A stretch of 62,514 nt of DNA, filler included. It is 4 parts of 4 records of this genome, joined end to end, with 100 filler letters (N's around TTAATTAATTAA, not from the genome) between each part and the next. Parts side by side here need not be neighbours in the genome. Positions count along the whole stretch, not along the records: positions 39,233 to 49,015 come from SRR20825019_1207; positions 49,116 to 62,514 come from SRR20825019_1208; 2 more parts are not named here. One strand, given 5' to 3'. The notes below the pieces were generated by a model. The model was not told where the DNA came from. It worked only from the letters and a program-made list of their open reading frames with translations, and ran no database searches. Shown piece after piece: positions 41,412 to 50,688 of this stretch (position 1 is the stretch's first letter; every line of letters begins with the position of its first letter). The position numbers and the translations under genes are program-made.

Positions 41412-43686
41412 TTTCACGACGAGAGGGCAACAACTTGCACTCGACCAACTCCAAGATATCGCGGCAGCCAGCGATGATACGATTGATATCGTTGACGTAA
41501 AGCCACCTGCTGGCCAAGGCCTTTCTCTTGTTATTCGCGTGTCTATTGATACGAGCGGATACGCTTATGAAGATGGCGGCTTCGACTATAGAAGGCGCGA
41601 GCCGCTGAACATTTTCGTGTCGCCGCATTTTCCAGTGGAACCGCCAAGGGTCTACTTCGCACACAAGCGCTTTCTCGGGCGCGCCCATGTGCAGTGGGGT
41701 GACTACCTCTGTTTGTACCAGGCAACGGATGTCGAATGGGCATCGCAGGATGGAATGTTTGGCCTGATCAAACGTCTGGACGATTGGCTGCGTGATGCTG
41801 CCCGCAATCAGCTTGACCCGGAGGATGCACCTCTTCACCCGCCAGTTGAATACACTTCCTCCGACATCAAACTTGCGGTCGAGATCGATGCGCCAGAGAT
41901 TGAAGATGGGAAATCCTTCTGGCTTGGAACAGGAAAACTAACCAGACGGAATGACCATTGCTTTGATATTTCAGAATGGTCCGAGACGCCGAGCTCGCTG
42001 CCGAAGGATGAAAAGTTTGCCGCAGTCGTGCTGCTCAATCAGGCCATGCCGATGGAGTACCCTGACACGATCAGCAAACTCATCACGACGCTGGAAGCTC
42101 GCGGAGTTCCCTTCGATCTGCTGTTCTCAATCCTGAAAATATTTGCCCTGTGCCAACCTGATAACGAACCGCTCTACTTCATTCTTGGCGCGCCCATGAG
42201 GCGAAGAGCGGCGGATGAGCCATTACGACAGCACCTCAGCGCCTGGAAGATGGATGCGGAGTATGTCAAAGCTCTCCAGGGCATAATTCTGGAAGAGAAT
42301 ACCGAGGCAACGCTGGAAGCCTGGAAGGTCGTTCTTGAGTGGGCAACCGAAGCCAAGACCGAATGGTGCCGCGTCTACGATAACCGTCCCGAGGTTACCT
42401 TTCGTCGGGACCAAGGCACCAAAGCCAGCTGGTTTCTTGGCAAGAAGATTGCGCTGTTGGGTTGTGGCGCGCTCGGCTCTCATATCGGTGAATACCTCGC
42501 TCGCGCTGGAGCCGAAAAAATTCGCCTGGTCGATTATTCAGCCGTCAATGCTGGCATCCTTGTTCGGCAGCAATTCCGAAACTATCAAGTCGGTTACTCA
42601 AAACAAAGCGCCTTGTCTGTACAGCTGCGTGCGATCAACCCAAAGGCAGACATCGATCATGAATTCGCCAACCTAACAAAAGGTTGGCCAGAGGCACTTA
42701 ATATCAGTGATTTCGATCTTGTCATCGATGCGACGGCGTCAAGACGGGTTGCCACCGCCTTGCAGCTTGATCTGACAAAGCACAATGATGTGCCGCCGAT
42801 GCTACGATGCGCGATCAGCGCAAATGCATCAAAAGGTATCGCCACTTTGAACATGCCTGGTTCAGCTTTTGGCCCTGCCGACCTATTGCGTCGCACCAAA
42901 GTCGCCGCAATGTCTGATAGCGGTTTGACAGATTTCGCCGAAGCGTTTTGGCCATTCGATCAGCACGAGCGAGGGTTTCAACCCGAACCAGGTTGCTCCG
43001 AGCCTACCTTCGTGGGATCAGCTGCAGATATCGCCTTTTTCGCATCCTCATTCTTCAACTTTGCAGCTTCGGCCTTGAGGGAGGGCGGTGACTCAAAGGC
43101 AACAGCATGTTTCGTTCGTGTGTCACATGATGACGGCTCAATGTCCTCGCATCTTGTCCCGCTTTGCCAACCCAGTATCCACGTCGAGGCTCATCATGGA
43201 TACCGCGTCCATCTCTCTCATCGCGCGCAATCAGCGATAGACAGTGAGATCAAGTCAAACGCCCGTACGGGCAGCGCTAAGGACGAAACTGGGGGTATCC
43301 TCCTTGGCGAAATTGATGATGCGCTGGGAATAATTTCGATTGATGTGGCCACAGGACCGCCGCCAGACAGCAAAAAGTCTCCCGAGCTTTTTGAGTGCGG
43401 CATTGAAGGGACGCACGCGCTTTGTGAATTCCACGCAAAAGAAAGCGGCAACTCAACGAAGTTCGTTGGAGTCTGGCATACGCATCCTGTTTCCATACCA
43501 AAGCCAAGCATGGTAGATCTTGGCGCCATGGCGCAGATACTCCATCTACAGGAAAAGACGCCGCGTCATGTTGTGATGCTGATCGTTGGTCATGCAGCCA
43601 CGCGTCCGACCTGGCGCTTTCATCTGTTCAGGCGCAATGAATTTCAAGTCGTTACCCTTGCCGCTGGGGAGAGTGTCGATGAGTAG
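41404..43686 (+). CDS. E2 - E1(ThiF) - JAB triple-fusion ubiquitin-like conjugation/deconjugation enzyme (Cap2+Cap3-like)
   Basis: E2 FPVEPP...AHVQWGDYLCLY; E1 LLGCGALGS, VD, RQ, DATAS, PEPGCSEPTF; JAB ETGGILLG, WHTHP...PSMVD. ATG overlaps the upstream stop by 8 nt. Confidence 0.92.
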   Translation: MADFTTRGQQLALDQLQDIAAASDDTIDIVDVKPPAGQGLSLVIRVSIDTSGYAYEDGGFDYRRREPLNIFVSPHFPVEPPRVYFAHKRFLGRAHVQWGDYLCLYQATDVEWASQDGMFGLIKRLDDWLRDAARNQLDPEDAPLHPPVEYTSSDIKLAVEIDAPEIEDGKSFWLGTGKLTRRNDHCFDISEWSETPSSLPKDEKFAAVVLLNQAMPMEYPDTISKLITTLEARGVPFDLLFSILKIFALCQPDNEPLYFILGAPMRRRAADEPLRQHLSAWKMDAEYVKALQGIILEENTEATLEAWKVVLEWATEAKTEWCRVYDNRPEVTFRRDQGTKASWFLGKKIALLGCGALGSHIGEYLARAGAEKIRLVDYSAVNAGILVRQQFRNYQVGYSKQSALSVQLRAINPKADIDHEFANLTKGWPEALNISDFDLVIDATASRRVATALQLDLTKHNDVPPMLRCAISANASKGIATLNMPGSAFGPADLLRRTKVAAMSDSGLTDFAEAFWPFDQHERGFQPEPGCSEPTFVGSAADIAFFASSFFNFAASALREGGDSKATACFVRVSHDDGSMSSHLVPLCQPSIHVEAHHGYRVHLSHRAQSAIDSEIKSNARTGSAKDETGGILLGEIDDALGIISIDVATGPPPDSKKSPELFECGIEGTHALCEFHAKESGNSTKFVGVWHTHPVSIPKPSMVDLGAMAQILHLQEKTPRHVVMLIVGHAATRPTWRFHLFRRNEFQVVTLAAGESVDE

Positions 43687-44854
43687 CAAGTCTTTCAAAT
43701 TCGGACTTGCGCTATCAGGCGGTGGCTCGCGAGCGGCAGCGTTTCATCTTGGATGTATGAGGGCTTTGAATGATCGCGGCATTCTCGATCAGGTCCTAAC
43801 GCTTTCCACTGTATCCGGCGGAAGTGTGATTGGCGCGCTTTGGGCATACTCGGACGATAGTTTCGAAGAATTTGATCAACGCATGCAAATTATTCTGCGC
43901 AAAGGGCTGAAAAAGGGGATCATCCGATACACCCTCTTTTCTGGCGAAGCGCCGAAGATCGTTGGGACGATCTTCACATCAGGCGTTCTCGCGGCGCTAT
44001 GCTCGTCGGCAAGGCTTCTGATTTCTGCGCTTGGGCTTGTCGGCATCAAACATGCGAGCCTGGATTCATTGAAGCTACGTCTTCAAGCACCGCTTCCCAG
44101 ATTTGCGAGCAGAACAACAGCCTTTGCACGATTTCTTGACGATGAGTATTTCAAGGGAACCCTCCTCAAGGGGGTCAAACGCCAGAACCTGAAAATCATT
44201 ATCAACGCGTCAGAGCTCAGAACCCAATCGGCATTTCGCTATGGCTCAATGGAATCTGGATGTTGGAGATTTGGAACGCTAACCGAAGACACGTTAGTCG
44301 CAAAAGCTGTTGCGGCCAGTGCCTCGTTTCCAGCCATCCTTCCAGCTTTGGATGAACAGCAGCGCTACATAAAGCGCGGTGAAACGGCCACGCATCGAAC
44401 AATCGTCAGTGACGGCGGCGTCTATGATAACCTTGGGACGAGTTGCCTCATCCCTAAGCGCGATAGCAGTTTTAGCACGAATGTGAATGAGACTGATTTC
44501 ATTATTGCCTGCGTCGCAGGCCAGGGCATTCCCGATGGTTCCTCGCTACCATATTTTTGGCCGTCCCGAATGATCGAGACGATTAACACAATTCATCGTC
44601 GGACTCATTCAATAACATTCGATCTCTTGCACCGTCTCAAGGAAAGCGGTGAGATTAAGGGTTTTCTTTTGCCGTATCTTGGGCAGAACGATGCTGCCCT
44701 GCCGTGTCCGCCCCCTGACCTCGTAGCGCGTGACAAGACGTTTGATTACCCAACGAACTTCGATCCGATGTGTCAGGAAGACTTGGAGTTGATCGCAAAG
44801 CGTGGTGAACAGCTCACCAAAAACCTAATCGAGACATATCATCCTGATCTTTGA
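43679..44854 (+). CDS. Patatin-like phospholipase
   Basis: LALSGGGSRA oxyanion motif, TVSGGS nucleophile, ASASFP, DGG; 8-nt overlap with the upstream gene. Confidence 0.92.
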   Translation: MSSKSFKFGLALSGGGSRAAAFHLGCMRALNDRGILDQVLTLSTVSGGSVIGALWAYSDDSFEEFDQRMQIILRKGLKKGIIRYTLFSGEAPKIVGTIFTSGVLAALCSSARLLISALGLVGIKHASLDSLKLRLQAPLPRFASRTTAFARFLDDEYFKGTLLKGVKRQNLKIIINASELRTQSAFRYGSMESGCWRFGTLTEDTLVAKAVAASASFPAILPALDEQQRYIKRGETATHRTIVSDGGVYDNLGTSCLIPKRDSSFSTNVNETDFIIACVAGQGIPDGSSLPYFWPSRMIETINTIHRRTHSITFDLLHRLKESGEIKGFLLPYLGQNDAALPCPPPDLVARDKTFDYPTNFDPMCQEDLELIAKRGEQLTKNLIETYHPDL

Positions 44855-44884
44855 AAGATTGATTGGCGCATAGCCAGCGCCGTC

Positions 44885-46114
44885 CTAGTCTCGGTGAAGT
44901 TCAAAATGGGCCCAGTAGTGATTCACTTTATCGACTTGGACAGGTCGAAATGGCCAGAGATCACGCAAGACATCTGCATGCGGATGTCCAAAACTGCGAT
45001 GCCCAGGATCCGAGCTAAAGATACTGAGCCCGGGTTCGATCATGGATGCAAGGCCGGTAAACCAATTGTTCTTTGAGCCATGATGGGGCACTTGAAACAC
45101 TGTCGGCTGGAAAGATCGTTTGTGTCCCAAATATCCGACCAAAGACTGCCATTGATGGTCCGTACTTAGATTACCATCACCCGTATAGATAACTGAGCCG
45201 TCAAATTTTTCCTCGAACCACGGCCAGTTGGTCCGCCAATGGCCGATGGGACCTCCATATAAGAATAGGCTAAGATCGTTGAGCTGAGACTTCGGGAATG
45301 TCCGCACGTAATGATCCTTCAGTTCCCGTAGCGCATCCTTGCGATCATTGTCGGAGCTGTTTAGGAGGGCATCGCGCAAATCATTCACTCGCTCGACAAA
45401 CCTCGCTACGTTCTGTGGCCTAGTCGTTGGATCGTTGTAGGGCACGAATTCCCAGAGGCTAGGGATGAACGCCGTGCCACGCGGATGCATCATCAGCATT
45501 TGGTAATGATGCCTTGCGCCTGACAGATATGACATCCATTCGGCCATCCAGTCTTGGTCGCCTTTCTCCTGGCGGATCTCTGCTTCGGCTTCAATCTTCA
45601 ACGGCAGATCGCCATCAGGGTCAAAGTCAGGCTCGCCGCCCCCGTCCGGATCAGCTGGTCCGTCACCATCAGAAAACGGCACAAAGACGATTTGATTGAA
45701 CCCGTCACCGGCTTGATCGACTAAGTATTGCGCTGGGTCGGTATAGAACGCAAATTCGGGATCGTCAGGTTCGAGCCCCTGCGCATATCCGATGGCGAGC
45801 CGGTGCCAAAGCGGGGCCCAAGGCAGCATGAGGGTGCGCGTACCCACATCGTTGAGCAACTTCACCATCCCGCTGATATGGTCAGCGTCAAAATGAGAAA
45901 TCACAACAAGATCTAGCCTGCGTCCATCTACGCGGCTCTGGAACTTACCAAGAGCGTTCCTCACCAGCCGTTGTGACGAGGATGTGCCGCAATCATAAAC
46001 CCATTGAAAATCCGGTCTCGAATGATGGTTAAAAGATGAACCAAGGGTAAGCCGCCCTGCGGAAAATAAGCCTTGGCCTACTGGGTGGAAACGATACTGG
46101 ACATGTATTTTCAT
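44885..46114 (-). CDS. Second ComEC/Rec2-type MBL-fold hydrolase
   Basis: PVGQGLFS, YDCG, SHFDADHISG, YTGD, QVPHHGS, FGHPH. Confidence 0.88.
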   Translation of the reverse strand: MKIHVQYRFHPVGQGLFSAGRLTLGSSFNHHSRPDFQWVYDCGTSSSQRLVRNALGKFQSRVDGRRLDLVVISHFDADHISGMVKLLNDVGTRTLMLPWAPLWHRLAIGYAQGLEPDDPEFAFYTDPAQYLVDQAGDGFNQIVFVPFSDGDGPADPDGGGEPDFDPDGDLPLKIEAEAEIRQEKGDQDWMAEWMSYLSGARHHYQMLMMHPRGTAFIPSLWEFVPYNDPTTRPQNVARFVERVNDLRDALLNSSDNDRKDALRELKDHYVRTFPKSQLNDLSLFLYGGPIGHWRTNWPWFEEKFDGSVIYTGDGNLSTDHQWQSLVGYLGHKRSFQPTVFQVPHHGSKNNWFTGLASMIEPGLSIFSSDPGHRSFGHPHADVLRDLWPFRPVQVDKVNHYWAHFELHRD

Positions 46115-46679
46115 CAATAACCTTCAAAAACTTGCAACTATTTTCTGTGACTCCAGACTAGCAACTTTTCCAGCCAACCCAATAGGCCAATCGTGACCGA
46201 TTGCATGACTCTGCAAGTTGCTGTGAAGCTCACCAATGACCGGAAGTGGCGCGCTCCGGCGGAACGTGGTTGGATGGATGTTGAGCCTTGCACCGATGAC
46301 CGCTTTGGTTCGCTGCGTTTGCGAGATTGATGGCATGGTTGAAGGACAGGTTTGGGCCGAACACGATGCTGCACCTGCGAAATAGGCTTCCATGCTGCGA
46401 TGTGCGTGACTGTAATGGTGAAGGTTTCGACATGGGCAAGCCCCGTAAGCGGGGCCGGGCTGCTGAGGCTCCGCCCTGAATTCTGACCTTGCTGTATTCC
46501 TGTGCCAATACGTCTTGGCCTGTCTCATCCTGAGCCATCCCAAGACGTTTGCCACATGGTCGCCTTCACGATCCGCTTTCAGCCCTGACGGGTCTGCATC
46601 CCTCTTGCAAGGCGGACGCTGCCGCCGGGCGAAGCCGAGGGGCTTTAGTCTTCGCCACCTGGCATAAGATTCAGAAGGG

Positions 46680-46949
46680 CTATGCGTCTGGCTTCTGGTC
46701 GAACAGAATAACGTGCGCGCCTTCTTCACTGTCAGGGTTGCCTACCAGCACGAACGGCATATCCGACCCGTTCTTCTCGTAGAGACGGCGGTATTTCATC
46801 TGGCCGCTGAGCGGATCGCGCACTTGGTCATAGCGAAAGCTGTGCTGAACGCCGTCTTCGATCCAGGCCTTGACGCCATCGGGGGTCACCAGTGCAAGCG
46901 GCGCGCCGTCAAGCAAGATTGTCTCGCCAACGTTGAAAATCTCTTTCAT
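46680..46949 (-). CDS. Hypothetical protein (89 aa)
   Basis: AGGAGA upstream; protein-like composition. Confidence 0.65.
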   Translation of the reverse strand: MKEIFNVGETILLDGAPLALVTPDGVKAWIEDGVQHSFRYDQVRDPLSGQMKYRRLYEKNGSDMPFVLVGNPDSEEGAHVILFDQKPDA

Positions 46950-47108
46950 CTCATGGGTCTCCTATCGGTCTTCTTTGGTAGCGTTACAAACCGTCGTCGC
47001 CTTTGCAACGATCTCTGCCCCGCGTGTTCCCTCTCTCGGTGTCATTGCCCCGGATCACAATCGTGTCCTGCTCCGGTCGCTCGCGAGCATTTTAGGGCTG
47101 GAGGCGGT

Positions 47109-47288
47109 CTATCCCGCGTCCTCATAGGGCTCGTACCTCAGGTTCGCGCCGTCCGCCTGATCAAAGTCATCGGACCATCTGGTACGGCGCATGCCGCAGC
47201 TCCATTGGAATACGACGCCGACCTCGACGTCTTCACCGTTTACCGACGCCCAAATGACTTCGACGGGGTAACCCGCATAATTCTTCAT
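47109..47288 (-). CDS. Hypothetical protein (59 aa; not in the ORF track)
   Basis: AGGAGA RBS; MKNYAGYPVEVIWASVNGEDVEVGVVFQWSCGMRRTRWSDDFDQADGANLRYEPYEDAG*. Confidence 0.6.
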   Translation of the reverse strand: MKNYAGYPVEVIWASVNGEDVEVGVVFQWSCGMRRTRWSDDFDQADGANLRYEPYEDAG

Positions 47289-47331
47289 GCTCTTCTCCTG
47301 ACCTCCATTTGGTCGGAGCCGCAGTAATCAG

Positions 47332-47811
47332 GTGGCAGGTATCTGCCTGTACCTATATATGCTTGGCCACCACAAAACGGAGTTTAGTAACTTGCTTTAC
47401 AGGCCTCTACATATTGCGCTCTTTCTGGGCGCGGCTTCATCCTCCGTCGCGGCCGAGTGGGAGATCGGCTTGTCGCGAGGTCTGGACACCTATGCTGCGA
47501 CTGCAAACGACGGGACTTTGCTCTTAGTTTGCGACCCAGACCGTGTCTACAACCCAAACGTGAGCCATGCGTACTTTTTGTCGCGTCAAAGCGATGGCAA
47601 AGCGCCACAACGCATTGTCTTTCTCGCGGCGACCGGAGAGCAGGCTGCCTTTTCTGTGCAGGACGGGATCGCAACGCAACGGGATGCTGATCCTTCCGAA
47701 TGGGCACAGCTCATCGATATGATCGAGGCGGGCGGTCAGATCGCTGTCGTGACCGCACGCGATGCCTTTACGCTGGATCAGGACGCGCTGCCCGGGCTTC
47801 GATGCCGCTGA
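47332..47811 (+). CDS. Hypothetical exported protein (start uncertain)
   Basis: Signal-like IALFLGAASSSVAAEW; Cys near each end of the mature part. Confidence 0.55.
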   Translation: MAGICLYLYMLGHHKTEFSNLLYRPLHIALFLGAASSSVAAEWEIGLSRGLDTYAATANDGTLLLVCDPDRVYNPNVSHAYFLSRQSDGKAPQRIVFLAATGEQAAFSVQDGIATQRDADPSEWAQLIDMIEAGGQIAVVTARDAFTLDQDALPGLRCR

Positions 47812-48457
47812 TCTTTTGAGTGAGCTCTTCGATCTCGGAGTGCAGCAGCGCCTTACCGAAGGCGGATAACAGCTGCGTCACCCCATAGACGTTGAGAGGG
47901 TCATCAATGCTTGTCTGCAACGCCGCCACAAGGGTGGCGTCGAGCCTGATCATCGATTTCATAAAGGGGGCACCAGTGCCTTTGGGCTCGGCCAGGCGTG
48001 GTCGTGCAGCGGAGGCAATCTCATGCCAGGTTGCGGTGTCGCGCAGGTTTTGCATGCGGGCGCGAACCGCTTTGATCAAGGCACGCCGAACGTAGTCCGG
48101 GTCAAGGCCAGATCGTTCTGCCAGCGCATCAATCCGTGCCTGATCCTCAGCCCCGATGCGCACGTAATAGGTTCGAGACTGCGCTTCGGTGCTATTGCTG
48201 CAAGCATCGTCCGCCAACGGCTGGGTGGATACCCCTGGGTTGATGCGCGCCGTTTCAGCCGAGGCTGCCTTTTCCCCTTTCCGGGGTTCTTTCTTGTCCA
48301 CTGAATTTGCCGCTGGGCCTTCTGTCGCGACCGCTGCCGCCGTACTCTGATTGAATGCGGCATATTTCGTGGCGCTCGTGGCGAACTGCCGCGATCGCGC
48401 CAGCCTGTCTTCGTTCGAGACAGCGGTCCCGGACCGGTTTGGAATCTTCCTAACCAT
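47768..48457 (-). CDS. VirC2-like tandem ribbon-helix-helix protein
   Basis: Disordered N-terminus; RHH TYYVRI...IDALAERSG...VRRAL; second repeat with DPL...AFG; 8-nt overlap with the ParA-like gene. Confidence 0.5.
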   Translation of the reverse strand: MVRKIPNRSGTAVSNEDRLARSRQFATSATKYAAFNQSTAAAVATEGPAANSVDKKEPRKGEKAASAETARINPGVSTQPLADDACSNSTEAQSRTYYVRIGAEDQARIDALAERSGLDPDYVRRALIKAVRARMQNLRDTATWHEIASAARPRLAEPKGTGAPFMKSMIRLDATLVAALQTSIDDPLNVYGVTQLLSAFGKALLHSEIEELTQKISGIEARAARPDPA

Positions 48458-49013
48458 TGGCAGCGTCCACCATGGCCTCGATGTCGCAAAGGACATCGCT
48501 GCACAGTGTCAGGGCTGAGGAAAGATGCCCCGCTTGCAACCGATGACGACGATCTTGTTCATAAATGTCCCGCACATATCCCAGCGGTCCGGTCAGCGGC
48601 ATGCGCTGGATCGCAGTGAGATGGGGCACCGGCGTGGGCAGAAGTGGCAGGGTTGAAATCACCTCGAAAACCTCAAGGTCCTGCCGGTGAACCCTGCGTC
48701 TTGCCGCATCACGCTCAAAGTCATCTCCTGCGGTCACGAAATCGATCGCGCGTTTGTCCGCGTTCATCAATACCGCTGAAAACAGCGGGGCGGGGTCATC
48801 CGGCCCGAGGGTCTCGATCATGCGTATAACCCATGTAAGGGTTTTCAGGGCCGCGACGAAATCCGATTGTACCGGCACGGCCGGCACCAGGATCATGTCG
48901 CAGGCCAGCGCCAGTGTTTCGGTGTCGGGGTGCTCGCCGGGGCGGGTGTCGATCAGAACCAGATCAACACCTTCAGCCTCAAAGCTGTCCAGCGCGTGGT
49001 AAAGGCCTTCAAC
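48450..49013 (-). CDS. ParA/VirC1-like ATPase, 5'-truncated by contig end
   Basis: Walker B DLVLIDTRPG, then ACDMILVP...DF...LKTLTW. Confidence 0.75.
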   Translation of the reverse strand, partial: VEGLYHALDSFEAEGVDLVLIDTRPGEHPDTETLALACDMILVPAVPVQSDFVAALKTLTWVIRMIETLGPDDPAPLFSAVLMNADKRAIDFVTAGDDFERDAARRRVHRQDLEVFEVISTLPLLPTPVPHLTAIQRMPLTGPLGYVRDIYEQDRRHRLQAGHLSSALTLCSDVLCDIEAMVDAANG

Positions 49014-49015
49014 GG

Positions 49016-49115
49016 NNNNNNNNNNNNNNNNNNNNNNNNNNNNNNNNNNNNNNNNNNNNTTAATTAATTAANNNNNNNNNNNNNNNNNNNNNNNNNNNNN
49101 NNNNNNNNNNNNNNN
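49016..49115. other. Artificial contig linker
   Basis: N44-TTAATTAATTAA-N44. Confidence 0.99.
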
Positions 49116-49444
49116 ACGCAATTGCCTTCGCAGAGCCGGTCCTGCGGGCAGATGCGGCCACAGATCTCCGGGAAATTATTGGTTGCGCTGGCGATTTCGT
49201 ACGCTTCTTCCAGCCGGCCCTCGGCCGTCAGCATCAGCCAGTCGGGAATGTTGTTCGACAGCGGACAATGCACCTGACAATAGGGCACACCGCACTGGGA
49301 ACACCGGCCAGCCTGCTCGGCCGCATGATCCTCCACGAACTCATCGTAGATCTCACCAAAGTCCTGCCGGCGCGCATCGGCTTCGCGCTTGGACGGCATC
49401 CGCTTGGCGGTGTGAACGAATTTCAGCATACGGTCGGTGGTCAT
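49116..49444 (-). CDS. gltD: Glutamate synthase small subunit, 3'-truncated
   Basis: RCSQCGVPYCQVHCP..NNIPDWL, NNFPEICGRICPQDRLCEGNC. Confidence 0.93.
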
Positions 49445-49795
49445 TCCACTCTCTCCCATGGCCCTTCGGGCCTTATTCCTCTTCAGGCTTGCCGCCGCCC
49501 GAATTGTCATTCTGACGGCACTATACCTCATCGGGGAGCGCCTATCTACGGAAAGGAAACAAAAAGGTCAATAGTTAGGACTAATTTTCTTGGAAGACGC
49601 CTTCGCCCTTATGGCGCACAACCGCATGCGCAAGACGTGATCAACATTTAGTCCCGTTTCGAGACTTTATCCCATATTCTTTCTGTCGCAACGGGATGTT
49701 ATATTCAGATACGCTGGATATGCGGGAGATCGGGGGTCCCGCAACGGCGCTCCTATTCCTGTCCCCCGACAAAAAAACAAAACCGGAGCCTAACG

Positions 49796-50596
49796 GTGCC
49801 GATACTTCATCTGGCTATTCTTGCCCTTGTTCAGGGCATCACCGAATTTCTGCCTATCTCCTCCAGCGGTCATCTCGTTCTCGTCCCCCATGTCATGCAA
49901 TGGCAGGATCAGGGACTGATGATGGATATCGCCGTCCATGTCGGCACACTCGGCGCCGTGATGGTCTATGCCTGGCGCGAGATCGGCATGATGCTGACCG
50001 GACTCTGGAAGTTGCTGCGCGGGCGCATCGACCAGGGCACCCGGCTGATGCTGCAGGTCATCGTCGGCTCGATCCCCGTGGTCATCGCGGGCTTCATGAT
50101 CGCCAAATATGCCGGCGGCATGTTGCGCAGCGTGGAAATCATCGGCTGGACGACACTCGGCTTCGGCCTGCTGCTCGGCCTGGCGGACCGGGTCGGCATG
50201 ACGGTCCGGCGGCTTGAGCATATGAGTTACGGCAGCGCCCTTGCGATCGGCATGGCACAGGTCCTTGCCCTGATCCCGGGCACCAGCCGCTCCGGCATCA
50301 CCATGACCATGGCCCGTTTTCTCGGCTTCGAACGGGCCGACGCCGCGCGTTTCTCCCTGCTGCTCTCGATCCCGGCGATCGCGGGCGCAGGCACGCTGAC
50401 CGGCATCGATCTGTGGCAGAGCGGCGATGTCAGTCTGACCCGTGACGTCCTGATTGCGGCAGGCCTCTCCTTCGCGTCCGCCCTGGTTGCCATCACCCTG
50501 ATGATGACCTGGCTGAAGCATGCCGGGTTCATGCCCTTCGTGGTCTACCGGATCCTGCTCGGCGCCCTGCTTCTCTATCTGGTTTATGGCGCCTGA
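49796..50596 (+). CDS. uppP: Undecaprenyl-diphosphate phosphatase (BacA)
   Basis: QGITEFLPISSSGHL, PGTSRSGIT. Confidence 0.96.
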   Translation: MPILHLAILALVQGITEFLPISSSGHLVLVPHVMQWQDQGLMMDIAVHVGTLGAVMVYAWREIGMMLTGLWKLLRGRIDQGTRLMLQVIVGSIPVVIAGFMIAKYAGGMLRSVEIIGWTTLGFGLLLGLADRVGMTVRRLEHMSYGSALAIGMAQVLALIPGTSRSGITMTMARFLGFERADAARFSLLLSIPAIAGAGTLTGIDLWQSGDVSLTRDVLIAAGLSFASALVAITLMMTWLKHAGFMPFVVYRILLGALLLYLVYGA

Positions 50597-50688
50597 CAGA
50601 CCGCATTGATGACGGATCGGATATCGACCGCGCCCTGTCAGATTTCTAGACTTCCACCCAATTCATAAAAACGCCCGGGAGGCGATAC

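Noticed and set aside
40278-44854. Calling the locus canonical CBASS or Pycsar
   Set aside because: No nucleotidyltransferase or cyclase motifs are visible in any ORF of the contig.
46124-46729. 201-aa minus-strand ORF upstream of the second MBL
   Set aside because: No RBS or motif, overlaps the 89-aa gene and spans repeat-like intergenic DNA.
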